Shown here: one piece after another, positions 38,401 through 50,149 of the stretch
Layout of the letters: every line of letters starts with the position of its first letter
How positions within the stretch are numbered: position 1 is the stretch's first letter
From: Octopus sinensis
Taxonomy: Eukaryota
Assembly: GCF_006345805.1 (NCBI RefSeq)
Contig: NC_043007.1
Location: 71,362,001 to 71,426,000 of the forward strand
DNA: 64,000 bases
Direction: 5' to 3'
Notes under the pieces: generated by a model
Told to the model about the DNA's origin: nothing
The model's database searches: none
Seen by the model: only the letters and a program-made list of their open reading frames with translations
Translations under genes and position numbers: made by a program

Positions 38401-38880
38401 ACACACTAAAAGAATATAAAGCGGTGACAAGAGCAAAAATTAACGCAGAAAAATCAGTGGACTTGAAACTCGGCACCTGGAGAGGCAAGTCCATGCCGTC
38501 CAACAACGTTGTAGAGCGCTGGACAGACGGTCTAGTTATATTGCTCGGAATTTGGTTTGGTCCAGAAATCTAGGTTGAGAAAAACTGGGATGATGTAACA
38601 AACAGGGTGGCGAATCTCACCCAGAAATGGGCCGATAGGAAGCTGTCCCTGAAAGGTCGAGCCAAGCTGACGAATGCGTACATCGAATCCGTCATATATT
38701 ACCGCTTGACCGTCGTCCCTTGTCCTTTATGTCCGCTTTTTGTGGAGGGATTGATTTCCGCTGGTAACGTTCTCCATCTGCCGTCAACAGCCGCTGAACT
38801 GGGGCCTAGACATGCTGTGGTTGTTGATACGCAGACATGCGCTCAGGCAGCGATATCTCCAGTGTTTCCCTGACGGTGAG
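35480..38880 (+). mobile_element. L1/Tx1-clade LINE, decayed (ORF1, APE endonuclease, RT)
   Basis: VAYAP, VLVGDWN, SRSYLDRV, DHK and YWKLNTSL (endonuclease). PGLDGLP, KILAKVLAKRL, LDQSKAFDRIDH, RQRCPLS, SAYADNV and KINAEKS (RT). Many stops and frameshifts. Confidence 0.92.
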
Positions 38881-38994
38881 TAGGTGTGATCACCCTTTGT
38901 TAGACTCGCTCTACCACAGCTCGTTTCTTTGACTGAACAGCAATCCTAGATTAAGCGTAAATCAAGGAAGGGTACTTGACACCTCGAGTGCCAT

Positions 38995-39800
38995 CAAGCG
39001 ATCATAGCTCCCTGCAACTTTTCATCTGTGCACTCTCCATTTATTTCTTTATAGAATCTCTTCTGATCTACTCTGAATAACCTATTCTGCTGGTAACCCT
39101 TTATTCTTTGGTCATATCTTACCATAAATGTTTGATTCCATCATCTTCAAATACCCCTAGGTATTTGTAGCGCTCTGCTGGTTCTAACACCTTCATGACA
39201 TTCTGCTGGTCAAGATTAACGTTGGATGTTTCTGTCATTTTTCCTTTGATAAAGGTAGCTTTTGCACATTTATTGAGGCCAAATTGCATCCAGATGTCAT
39301 CAATGAATTGTTTAACAATTGTTAGTAAGCCCTGTAGTTGTTGGTAATTTTTTGCAAAGAGCTTTAAGTCATCCATATAAAAGTGATGATTTATATTTTT
39401 ATCAAACATTTTATAGCCATATTGAGCAATTTCGAGAGAGGTATTAAGGCTAGAAAAAAGAGGAGTGGTGATAGAGAGTCACTCTGGAAAATGACACATG
39501 AAATTCATACATCTCCAGCATTGATAGATTCATTGTCACTGTTCAAAGTCAGTGTGGTTCTCTATGATCTCATACTCCCAGACAAGAAGTTTCGCAGAGA
39601 AGGTGCTATTTAATACATTTCCAAACGTTTCTTAATCCAGCTATGTGGTAGACTATCAAAAGCTTTTTTATAGTCTACCCTGTTTTTGTGTCGTTTGAGA
39701 CAATCTTCCAAGATCATCTTATTGATGAGTAGCTGATCTTGCTGCGTGTATACTCTGCGATGACATCCCTCACGCCGGACTTCTTTCTCATGATCTCGCT
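38995..39800 (-). mobile_element. R4/Dong-like (RLE-type) non-LTR RT fragment
   Basis: LDYKKAFDSLPHSW, IFQSDSLSPLLF, HHFYMDDLKLFAK, FGLNKCA and YKYLGV. Confidence 0.8.
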
Positions 39801-39841
39801 ACTGATGTGCTCTCTCAACGAGATACCAAGTAGTGAAACAT

Positions 39842-39894
<53 letters not shown>

Positions 39895-39899
<5 letters not shown>

Positions 39900-40560
39900 C
39901 CGTATATTCACGGGAACTTCCTTTAAGAAACGCCTTTCCAAACATAGATCCTGTCCTTCAGGGTCCCGAATAGGAGATACGTAACATCGCTGGCTAGCCA
40001 TAACTGGAAACTGAAGGAAGATGGAATTCCATACTCGATATCATGGAAAATCCTCCACCGTCCGAGTCTGTACATAAATGAAACGAAATGATGCAAGCTA
40101 TGCGTAGCCTAACGCATGAAAATCCTGGAAAACTTGCACGTACTAGGGACCATACTGAACTCCAGATTGGAGATTTTCGGGCCGTGCTTGCATTTCAGGA
40201 GATTCCTGTTAGCGTAGTGGCAACAGCATAATGGCGATAATAACGGTATTAGCGATAATTACACCACACCAGGAAATTGATTGCTGATGAGAGTGGGAGA
40301 TAACACCCTATGTTTTACCCTCATATCCGACAGGTGGCATAGCTGAAGGAGGACGACACAGTCGGAAACCGATGACCAACACCAAAAGATGATAATCCCC
40401 ATTGTTTATATCTATATCGTTTCCCCCTCCATATTATAAAGAGGCTATAAGCCAACAGGTCTTATGGTCTGAAGATACGCCATAAAGGTACCCTTTATGG
40501 CGCGAAACCGGCCTTCAGTAATAAACATAGACTGCTCTACTTCTTAGAGAGTGCTTTTTC
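39895..40560 (+). mobile_element. Penelope-like GIY-YIG remnant plus pLTR with hammerhead-like motif
   Basis: FKKRLSKH...LASHNWKLKE..IPYSISWKIL...CKLC...LNSRLEIF, the same lineage as 6379-6816. CUGAAGA...GAAACCGG at 40469-40511. Confidence 0.75.
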
Positions 40561-40743
40561 TCCGGATTTATGTTTCCTAAAAAAACGATATATACATTTA
40601 TTTTATTTATTTGTGCAGCTGAAAATGGCACTGCATGTATATTGATGTAATGATTGCATTGTTGAATTGAATGGAGTCGCTTGAAACAGTCGTACTTGAT
40701 ATCCTGTTGCTTTTTTTGATATATATATATATATATATATATA

Positions 40744-41340
40744 TCAGAATTCTACTTTAAACAAGGTGAAATATTTAAGATCAAATCAAATTTCACCAGA
40801 GCGACGGAAAATCTTATCTATGCTATTACATGTTTAGGGTATGGTAATAATTACATTAGCCAAACAGGAATATCACTGCGTCGAAGACCCACTCTCCACA
40901 AAGAACAAATCCGACACCCACAATACAGACAGATACAGGTTAGTGAACACATAGAAAGGTGTGCTAGAAATCTTAATCCTAATTTCCTAATTTTCCCCTC
41001 CTATCAATGTTCACAGAACACTTCAGTACAACAAAGAATGAATAAAGAGGCAACTTTCATCAATAGATATCTTCCACAACTCAATATGAACACATAGCAT
41101 AATACAGAACGCTACTAACCTTTCAATTAATACCACTAACCCCCATACATCCCATACACCATTCAGATTACTGATTTATATCTTCCCTACTTGCACCAAA
41201 TCCAGAACTACTTACCTCCCTTACACACAATCGTTTTACTCAGGGACTAGTAGACCTGACACCGTTCATTAATCGGTACGCATTCAAAGGAATGATTAGT
41301 AAATTCACGAAACCGGTATGCTTTGAAATCTCTTTAACAA
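40744..41340 (+). mobile_element. Penelope-like GIY-YIG 3' end (open 118-codon frame 40744-41097) plus pLTR remnant
   Basis: FKIKSNFTRATENLIYAITCLGYGNNYISQTG...LRRR...H...VSEHIERC...RMNKEATFINRYLPQLN-stop. Residual GAAACCGGTA/TGCTTTGAA at ~41309-41327. Confidence 0.85.
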
Positions 41341-41504
41341 TTCACAATAATGACTTATATCTATCGTTACTTTTCATAAAAAGCGTTTACTTTTTTGATT
41401 TCCAATGTGCATTTTCGCTTATTTTTCTTCTTACTTTCCCTTACATTTCGACGTGTAGTTTCTATTTTCTTTTTGTAACATATTTCTATTATAAATCTAT
41501 GTTT

Positions 41505-41820
<316 letters not shown>

Positions 41821-41829
41821 CACACCTAT

Positions 41830-42075
41830 GTATAACAGCACGCCTTTAGGCACACGGGCGTCTCTGTAGGTATTTACGAGTGTTTATGTGTTTATGAGTG
41901 TTTAAGTGTTCTGTGTGCGCACGCAGTTGGTGTGTGTGTGTGATTGTATCTACGTTGTATTTCCGTTGGGGCGTAGTTGTATGTACTGTGTTGTAGGTGG
42001 GTAAGCCAGTTGTACTAACACCTTGTATATCTGCAGAGAGAACATCACCATTTTATCCTTACTAAATTGGACGAC
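41830..42075 (+). repeat. Unclassified dispersed repeat; second copy at 63715-64000
   Basis: Shared gtaggtgggta...ttgtacta..ccttgtatatc.gcagagagaacatcaccattttatccttactaaattggacg. Confidence 0.7.
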
Positions 42076-42735
42076 AAGATTCTAACAGTCAGCAAAATTT
42101 CTCGTCACCTATCTTCTTTTTTTCCTTTAATGGTGACAATTATTTTCGCTCTTTTCTCTATCTGTCTTTCTTCCCTTCTCTCTTTTTTTCTTCTTCATAC
42201 TCTTCAAATCTAAAGACACACTCTTGTATATTCATATTGGGTCTAACTCTATGCTTATCGCTTATCGGTTTTCTTGGCATACATCTTCACATTTTTGATT
42301 TTTAATTTTTATTGTATTTTCTACTACTGGCTTCACTTTCCATCTCCACTCACTACTGTGGTGGAGTTGGCATGGGAACTCTGAGCGGCAGTGTAACATT
42401 CATTTCATTAAGATCATCTCAGCCAGATGATTAATTACATTCAGTATTACTCGTTGCAAAACTATTACATTAAGGGGCTCAACTAGATAAGAAACATGCA
42501 GCATGCGTTTTACCTGTTTCACTGTCTCAATTTGGATATATGCATGTATGTATACATATATATATATGTCTGTATGTACACACACGCACACACACATACA
42601 TTAGGAGAGTGAGACTGAGACTGAGAAAGAGAAAGAGAGAGAGAGAGAGAGATTTGTATAAGTCTGCAAACATTACAAATGTAGTACATCAGTAAAATAA
42701 AAGAGGATAATTCTGAAATTTGAAAGATGGTATTC

Positions 42736-42741
42736 TTTAAT
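42736..42741 (-). terminator. Candidate poly(A) signal (ATTAAA) of the M4 gene
   Basis: ATTAAA on the - strand about 180 nt after the stop, just before microsatellite/TE sequence resumes. Confidence 0.3.
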
Positions 42742-42920
42742 GTAACAATTAAGATTCAAATTATGTTTGTTTTCATTTTCCATTTGTATTTTCAATTAAA
42801 TATTAAAAAAGGGAAAATTGCTGTCATCTGCAAAAGCAAGCAATTATGAAATCTCCATTGATTAAATTGTAAATTATTGGACATATTAATTATTCCTGAA
42901 ATCATTAGTTAAAAATCTGA

Positions 42921-44827
42921 TTACATTTTTTTATCACAAATCAACTCGTGAAATAAATCATCTAGAAATGTCTCTCCATCAAAATCTGGATCACAGCGAT
43001 AATTAACACGTATACTAACATCCTGTAAATTTTCAGTAGATTCTGAAGATAATTTGACAAAGAAATTATGTCCTTCAGGCCTTCCCAAATTCAGTTCTGA
43101 TGTGCCTTCAGCTAATAATGTAACTGAATCTGAACCATCTCCCTCTGCTAGCATATTATTCGTTGATACCTTAATACGAACTTTGCCACACATACTAGTG
43201 GCAGTAATTGTAATATTCCCAGCCCAGCTTGGATAAACAAAATAAAAGACTGGGTTTGTTTTAACTGACACTGTAATACCTGAGACTGTTTTGTTAAATG
43301 GCAATCCTCGAATATATTTCTCTACATCACATGGTTTAATTCCCACAAGTTCATAGGCTTTAATAAAGGGGGTTAGATCTTTCCCAAGATCATAGGCAAC
43401 TTTCAACGTATCACAAGCTCCGGAAGTGAAATTTGAGAGAGGATGCCAATATATTTCATTGGCAATAAGGAAAACTCGATAAGCTTCCTTGATATCCATT
43501 TTTAATTCGTGTACAATGTAGTAAAAAATAAAATTATAAATCCCACTTCCATGATGAGGATCCGTGTTTTCAGTGAAGTTATCTACATGACTTATAGATA
43601 TATTGTCCAAGGATGGGTCTGCCATAAATCTCAATGCTTCCTCATTTTTCATGAGGTTGAAGCCAATAAACCAGTCATTCCCACTTGCATAAGCTTCAGT
43701 GACCTCTCCAGTCATATCAGAAAAAGCCTCATTCATAGATCCAGACTGATCAAAGTAAAGCAATCTAGAGTGTTGTTGTGTGAAGCCATGGGCAAGTTCA
43801 TGCCCGATAATATCAGCAACTGTAAAAGGATAAAAGTTTTTATAGCCATCACCAAATGTGCAATATTTCCCATCCCAATATGCGTTAGCAAAATATACTC
43901 CAAAGTGAACACGCAATATAGCTTGTTCGTTTAGTATTGAAGTATTATACCATTCCTGAAACATTTGAGATACTACACTGCCGTAATAGAAAGCATCAAG
44001 TGCTGGAGATATCGCTGCATTGACACTATCATTAAAACCAACGTCACAAAGATAATACATAGGATCTGTATTATTAGAGACTTCATTAAAACTGTTTTTC
44101 ATGTCTATGACCTTCACATAATTATTTTCCAGGAAGCACATTTCACCAATTTGAGTTACAAAAGCTTTGTGATTTTTCTCACTAAATTTGTATATTCCTG
44201 ATTTTTCATTACCGCCGGAACCAGTCAATACTCTGGAAATTGTATCTAAATTGTTATATTTCAACAGTATTTCTCCAGTGTTACCATCAATGACAAATGT
44301 AGGCCGTTTAATAACTATTTCATTTTCTATTCTATAATTAATATAGTATGTTAATCGAGGTTTGTCATTTTCATCCATGAAAATCATAATTTCATATTCT
44401 GGTTCGATACTATTTGCGTAAATCTCATCTCCCTCTGCTTTAAAAGCAATATCAAAGACATCTGATTTGGAAAGCTTTGGTTTTACATTTGTAATATCAT
44501 CTTCAATTCCTTGAATAAATGTTCCTGTTGCATCACCAGTCAAATGTCCATCTTTATCTTCTGTAACAGTTAATGAAGCATCAAAAACAGGAACACCTAA
44601 GAACTTCTCTTGTAAGCGTAAAACTTCTGTGCCTTCAACTGTTTTGATACGGTTTGACTCTTCAACTTCTTCATACTCCTTCAAACCAAGAAGATCTCTG
44701 ACTGTTACTTCAGCTTTATCTAAATGACGCCGCTGAAACGGAGCTGAGGGATGATAAATCATCCTCCTTGCTCTTTCATGGGCATCAACACGATAAGCTG
44801 CATCAGATGTCTTTATCAGTAACAAAC
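42921..44827 (-). CDS. Secreted M4-family (thermolysin/pseudolysin/vibriolysin-like) zinc metalloprotease, exon 2
   Basis: Uninterrupted 634-codon frame with a poly-T-AG acceptor at 44829-44828. Motifs: FTP/PepSY propeptide, mature N-terminus TGSGGNEKSGIYKF, NAYWDG, GHELAHG (HEXXH at 43802-43788), Y..SGSMNEAFSD, LRFMADP, DPHHGSGIYN, two LasB-like Cys pairs and a PPC-like C-terminal domain. Confidence 0.96.
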
Positions 44828-46026
44828 CTAAAAAAAAAAGAAAACATTACAATTATTAATAACAGAACCATCAGAATTTTTTTTAAAAAAAGACTAATTT
44901 TTTAACAATACATACAAACATAGTGACGGAACAACAAAGAATTAAATTATTTAACAATTCAAATTAATAGAAATATGAGCTTATAATATAATATATATTG
45001 CCCAATAAAAAAAAATTACATCAGTCTAACCTATTTTAGTGCGAATAAATTCATCCAAAGAGATATTCAGTTTGTTCATGCAGTTAATTTAATATTTGAT
45101 GAAATAGGGAGGTGATTTGTTACAAGGAGTGATTAGTTTTAAGCGAATGGAAGCGAGTGTTCTTTTAGTAAAACAACGATCAGTATCTGGAAACTACAAG
45201 TTAACTAAGGTCTGCACATCGGTTATGTATTATTTCAACAGAACATAAAAGTGAACAATTCCAAACACATTACAAATGTTTTCTATAAAGATTCTATTGT
45301 AACTCATTTACATGTGTACACCACGGCATAAATAATAAATGGCACTTGATGCATAAAGTGAGTTAAGTTTTATATTCTGTTCCCAAGAAATTCACTTCCC
45401 GAGCCATTGATCTCAACAAAGGTATGTAAGATTTATGTCAGTAAATCCATTATTCCTAGCAATGACATCTTTCTCTTAGATTTCTAAAGTCATTCTTCCC
45501 TGTATCCACAGGTAAGTTAAATTACTGTGACACCTTTTTCTGCGACGAATTTGTATGTTCAGCTATCAGCCCAGGCTCCACTAATCGTCAGAGTATCGAA
45601 AATCAGACGACAGAGTGATAAACAATTGTATTGTGAACGTCATTACTGTACAACTGTTTCTGCAGTAAGATGATGTAGACTCATAGTTGAGTTCCTGCGA
45701 AACAAACACCTCATTGCTTCATCAGAGCCTGAAATATGAAGTGAAATTTATTTGGGAAGAAACATCTACATTTATGCATATACATCCAAAAGCATTAGCA
45801 GTGAGAAGATAAACACATGTGTGAAAGGAATGACATTCAAGGCCCCACTCCCTTGAAATAACATTAATGTTAAGGCTTTATAAGGAAAGGTACACATAGA
45901 TGCAAAGAAACTGTAATTAGATCTATCAGTGAAAATATGTGTATACATTATCACATGAAAAGTATACCCACACACCCAGATCTATATACATATACATACA
46001 AATATATGGATACAAATATTCATACA

Positions 46027-47221
46027 TTGGGTTGGTAAAAAAGTTCGTTGCGTTCTTCAATAGGTGATATGTTTTATCACGTGACAGAAAATGACTAGTA
46101 TATTTTCTAGAAAAGTGGATCTCAACGCATTTTGCTGTTTTAAATTTGTGCGGATTATTTACTTCTACTGTTCTTACGATAAAATTGAAAAAGAAAGAGC
46201 ATGAAATTCATATTCCTCATTTAACGCTCTTTCGTTTCCGGGGAGGCAAAAACGCTGGATAAACAGCAAAGAAGATATGCGCTGTTTACGGGGATGGTGT
46301 TATATCTGAAACTACTCTCTGTAAGTCGTTCGCTAGGTTTATAACCAAAAATTTTGACCTGGAAATCGTGAACTTTCTGGCAGGCCTACAGTCGTTGATA
46401 ATGAACAAATTGAGACTTTTATGAAAATACAATAACCTATGTTACACAGTACGAGACATCGCAGAGATTATCCACGTATCTCATGCGAGCGTTATAAAAT
46501 ATTTAAAAACACTTGGTTATATGAATTGCTACGATGTTTGGGTGCCTCAAAGCTTAACAGAAAAATATTTAATCGAGCGCATTTCCATCTACGGTTCTCT
46601 AATCTGAGGAAACAAAATTGATACATTTTGGAAAAGAGTAGTCACGTGTGATGAGAAATGGATTATTTACAACAACATAAAACGAAAGAGGTCCTGGTGA
46701 AAACGAGATGAACCACCTTCAATTTCTCCAAAACTGGTCTGTATCCGAAGAAGGTGATGCTCTGTATCTGGTGGGATTGGAAGGGTACTGTGTATTATAA
46801 GCTACTTCCACAAAATCAGACGTTAAATTCAGACTATTATTGTTCCCAATTAGACTGTTTAAAGGTGGCAATTGATGAAAAACGTTCAGAATTGGCCAAC
46901 CAAAAGGGACAACGCTAGACCACACGTTTCTTTGGAGACCAGGCAGAAATTGGTGCAGTTTGGGTTGGATGTCCTGCCCTACACATCGTACTTACCTGAC
47001 CTTGCACCTTCGGATTATCATTTATAATAGCCACTTAGACCAGTCATTGACCCAGGAAAATGCTAAGCTCTGGGAGGATGGGATCATGATGCTGCTTCAA
47101 AGATGACGAAAAGTAGTGGAACAAATTGGCAAGTATGTGGTTGAGTAAAGGTGTGTACAACAATCTAAGTATTGTTAATGAATTTTACATAAAAACTGGT
47201 ACAAACTTTTTCCCGACCCAG
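46027..47221 (+). mobile_element. Mariner (DD34D) transposon, decayed, inside the M4 gene intron
   Basis: TIRs TTGGGTTGGTAAAAAAGTT / CTGGGTCGGGAAAAAGTT. Motifs VTCDEKWI, KKVMLCIWWDWKG, DNARPH and PDLAPSDYHL. Confidence 0.9.
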
Positions 47222-47316
47222 TACATATACGTATATATCTATCTCTTTCTCCTCTCTCCGCCCCCCTCTCTCTCTCTGTATATATATATATATATATATA
47301 TATACATACATAAACA

Positions 47317-47363
<47 letters not shown>

Positions 47364-47384
47364 CACACTTTGAGTCGAACCAGG

Positions 47385-47537
47385 GACAGCTGATGAAGGG
47401 GAATTTTCCTTTTATTGTTTGTCCTGTACTCTGTTTTTTCGTTGTTTAAAAAAAGTCCGTTTCTTTGTTTGATTTTATATTCTCGTCTCTCGTTGTGTTC
47501 TACGTTTATTTGTGGGGTCCTGTACTTATATATATAT

Positions 47538-47574
<37 letters not shown>

Positions 47575-47650
47575 GCATGTATATATACATGTAGATGTAA
47601 GTATGTACATATATGTATGTATATATGCATATATTTTATTTATTTATTAT
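47385..47650 (+). repeat. Penelope pLTR-like remnant; homologous to 54900-55190
   Basis: Shared gacagctgatgaagggga.tttt.cctt...gtcctgtac and a downstream gcatgtatatatacat block. Confidence 0.6.
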
Positions 47651-50015
47651 ATTACTATATGACCGAACGCACGCGTTACTTCTCTTCTCCAAGTGGAATT
47701 TCAGAAATGGCAAAATCCAAGTGAGGCGTATACCGCGGGCTACTCTTCAGGCCAAGTATATCTTGATTAGATTCAAGGCTATATTGTTGCAAGGAGGTAC
47801 CATTTGACACAAAGAAGATTCAATCACAATGTGTAGAGAGTACAGTATGAGAGAGGTATATAAATGTAGGGAGAAGGGAAGAATGAAGAAAAAATAGGAG
47901 AGAGAGTGAAATGAAGAAGGAATTCGGTGCGGTAAGTTGACTGGTAGTAGATAGTTTAGAGCTATTTGATGTCTACTTCTAGCGTGTTGATGTTTATCAG
48001 AACCATTTACTATAATTGTATCTGTATAATTATATATCAGTATTAATTGTCCCTATATGGTTTTTATTATACACTGGCCACTTGATAAAATCTTTACAAT
48101 GATTCTTTCCTTAATCATGTATAAATATATATGTTTTACTCCGATCAATTTATATTCACTGGGGTATTATTTTGAGCGTAAACGCATGTGGTTGAGGTGA
48201 TTGAATTAAATTTGACTTGTATATACGTGCAGATTTATGTATATGTATGTATGAATATGTATTATTCGTTTGAGTATGTAAAGATATTTGCATTTATATT
48301 TTTTCGGGTATATTATACTGAAGACGGCATACGGATTTTATATCTCTTAGCTATGTGTGTGTATATGTTTGCGTGTATGTGTTTGTCACCCAACATCCAA
48401 GGCTCCTTCATTGGAACTTCAACATCAACAGGGTATTTTTGTATGTATGTATGTATGTATGTATGTATGTATGTTTGTATGTACGCGTACGTGCAGATTT
48501 GTATTTTTTGCTTTATGTATGCCTTCTCATGCATATACTTACATATCTAGATATGGTCATTTTTCAATCATAAACTAAAAACTTTTACAGATTTTTACAG
48601 TTCCAGTGATGTATGTATGTATGTATGTATGTATGTATGTATGTATGTATGCATATATGTATATAAGTATGTATGCATGTATGTATATTATTATAAAAAT
48701 ATACCTCCAATTCTGCATCTCTCCAGTTCACAGAATATTTAGAAATTATGAAATTTTGAAACCATTTAAGTAAATAAAAATTTTTTTTTTCCAAGAATTT
48801 CAAGCGCATTTTCAATTTATCTTTTCTTTATATTTCTTTGCACATGAAAAAAAAACCACTTAGTTCTATGTTCACATTTACCATCCAAAGAAGAAAAACG
48901 TCAGCAAAGTCTGACTCATGTGGGAAGACAAAAACACAGATATCCTATAAGAACCAAAAGAGATCTCTAAAATTTCGATCTTAACTAAAACAAATTGATA
49001 ATATATGGAACCATACCAAAAAAAATCAACAAGTGAATATGCAGATTTCACCGAGCTTTTCACCGAGCTAATCAAACTTTAAAGCAGTTGTACAAAATTA
49101 TAGAGACAGTAATACAACGCAGTCTAGAACAAAACTCAGAACACAAGCAAGAAAGCAACAATATTTATCAGCAACAAGTGTATTCAGTCAAATACAGCTG
49201 AAATCATATTTGATTCCAAATATTCAAAATTAGCAAGGTGTCGTTTGGAACATGTTTAAAATAATGGCAAAGCTAAAATATATGAAAAGTGGATTTATTC
49301 AACGCCAATTTTGTAAAATATGATCGTGTCACAAACAAGTTTTGTGGTCTGTTTTTTGTAAGGTACTTCAATGAAGGAAAAAAGAGGGTGCTACAAATTC
49401 AAATGATGTTCATTGGCAGCAAACTTCATGCTTGACTTGCCATTATTGAACTTCTAAGTTGTAGAGTGATATCTCTGTATCGTACTAAAGCCTGCAAGGA
49501 ATTTCAGCCCCTAACACATCTTCAGACCAGAAAAAACAAGTCACAGATCTCTATTCTTCCTTGGTGCACAATTTCAGTGGAGCAGCCATGTTTACTCTGT
49601 AACACAAGAAAGAAAACTGGAGCAATCAAAGTAAGCTTGGATACATAAACACAAGAGGGCCAACTTTTGGCGCACGTCTGGAAGGCAGTGCGACCAAAAT
49701 AAAGCGAACGAGCGTGTGTTTGAGTGTATGTGCCTCAGCAGACTCCTGACTGCAATGCTAGAGATGAGTAATACATATTTTGCTGTGATCAATATCATAT
49801 ATTTACAACCTGGGTTCATATCTCGACGGTGATAGCAACTTTACCCTTCATTGTTTCCACTGTCTATCATATAAGTATTGAAATAATATCCATAAGTAAA
49901 ACCTAAGTTCTATAAAATGTTTCATGTAGAAAACAAGTAATTTGTCATAATCAGAAAATATAAAGATAAAATACATGTAAATTCAATAATAAAAAATTCT
50001 TGAAAATATACTTAC

Positions 50016-50064
50016 TGCCAAATAGGAGATGCCAGGAATAAAATATAACCATCAAATGCCTCAT
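50016..50064 (-). CDS. M4 metalloprotease exon 1 (start codon and signal peptide)
   Basis: ATG at 50064 encodes MRHLMVIFYSWHLLFG+A, followed by a perfect GTAAGT donor (50015-50010). The phase-1 donor matches the phase-1 acceptor at 44828, giving MRHLMVIFYSWHLLFGSLLLIKTSDA|AYR..., a typical signal peptide. Total 651 aa. Confidence 0.82.
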
Positions 50065-50141
50065 GATTGTGTAATATTCACAAATCCTCTGCTCTTTTCA
50101 AAAACCAGCTCAAGATGTATCTCAATCATTGCTGACTCTTA

Positions 50142-50149
50142 TTTATATA
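50142..50149 (-). promoter_or_regulatory. TATA box of the M4 protease gene
   Basis: TATATAAA on the - strand, 78 nt upstream of the ATG. The only intervening ATG (50129) is out of frame and lies upstream of the expected start site (~50120). Confidence 0.6.

Noticed and set aside
42921-44825. Bacterial contamination as the explanation of the M4 ORF, with TTG at 44825 as a bacterial start
   Set aside because: The TTG lies 2 nt inside a canonical acceptor and no Shine-Dalgarno is evident. An in-phase signal-peptide exon and TATA box exist upstream, composition matches the host, and both flanks are host repeats. Long reads would be the formal test.
45330-45620. Possible Penelope/Naiad RT remnant (FRYSDD, NNGF.DI) in the M4 intron
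   Set aside because: The motifs are too short and interrupted to call without a profile search.
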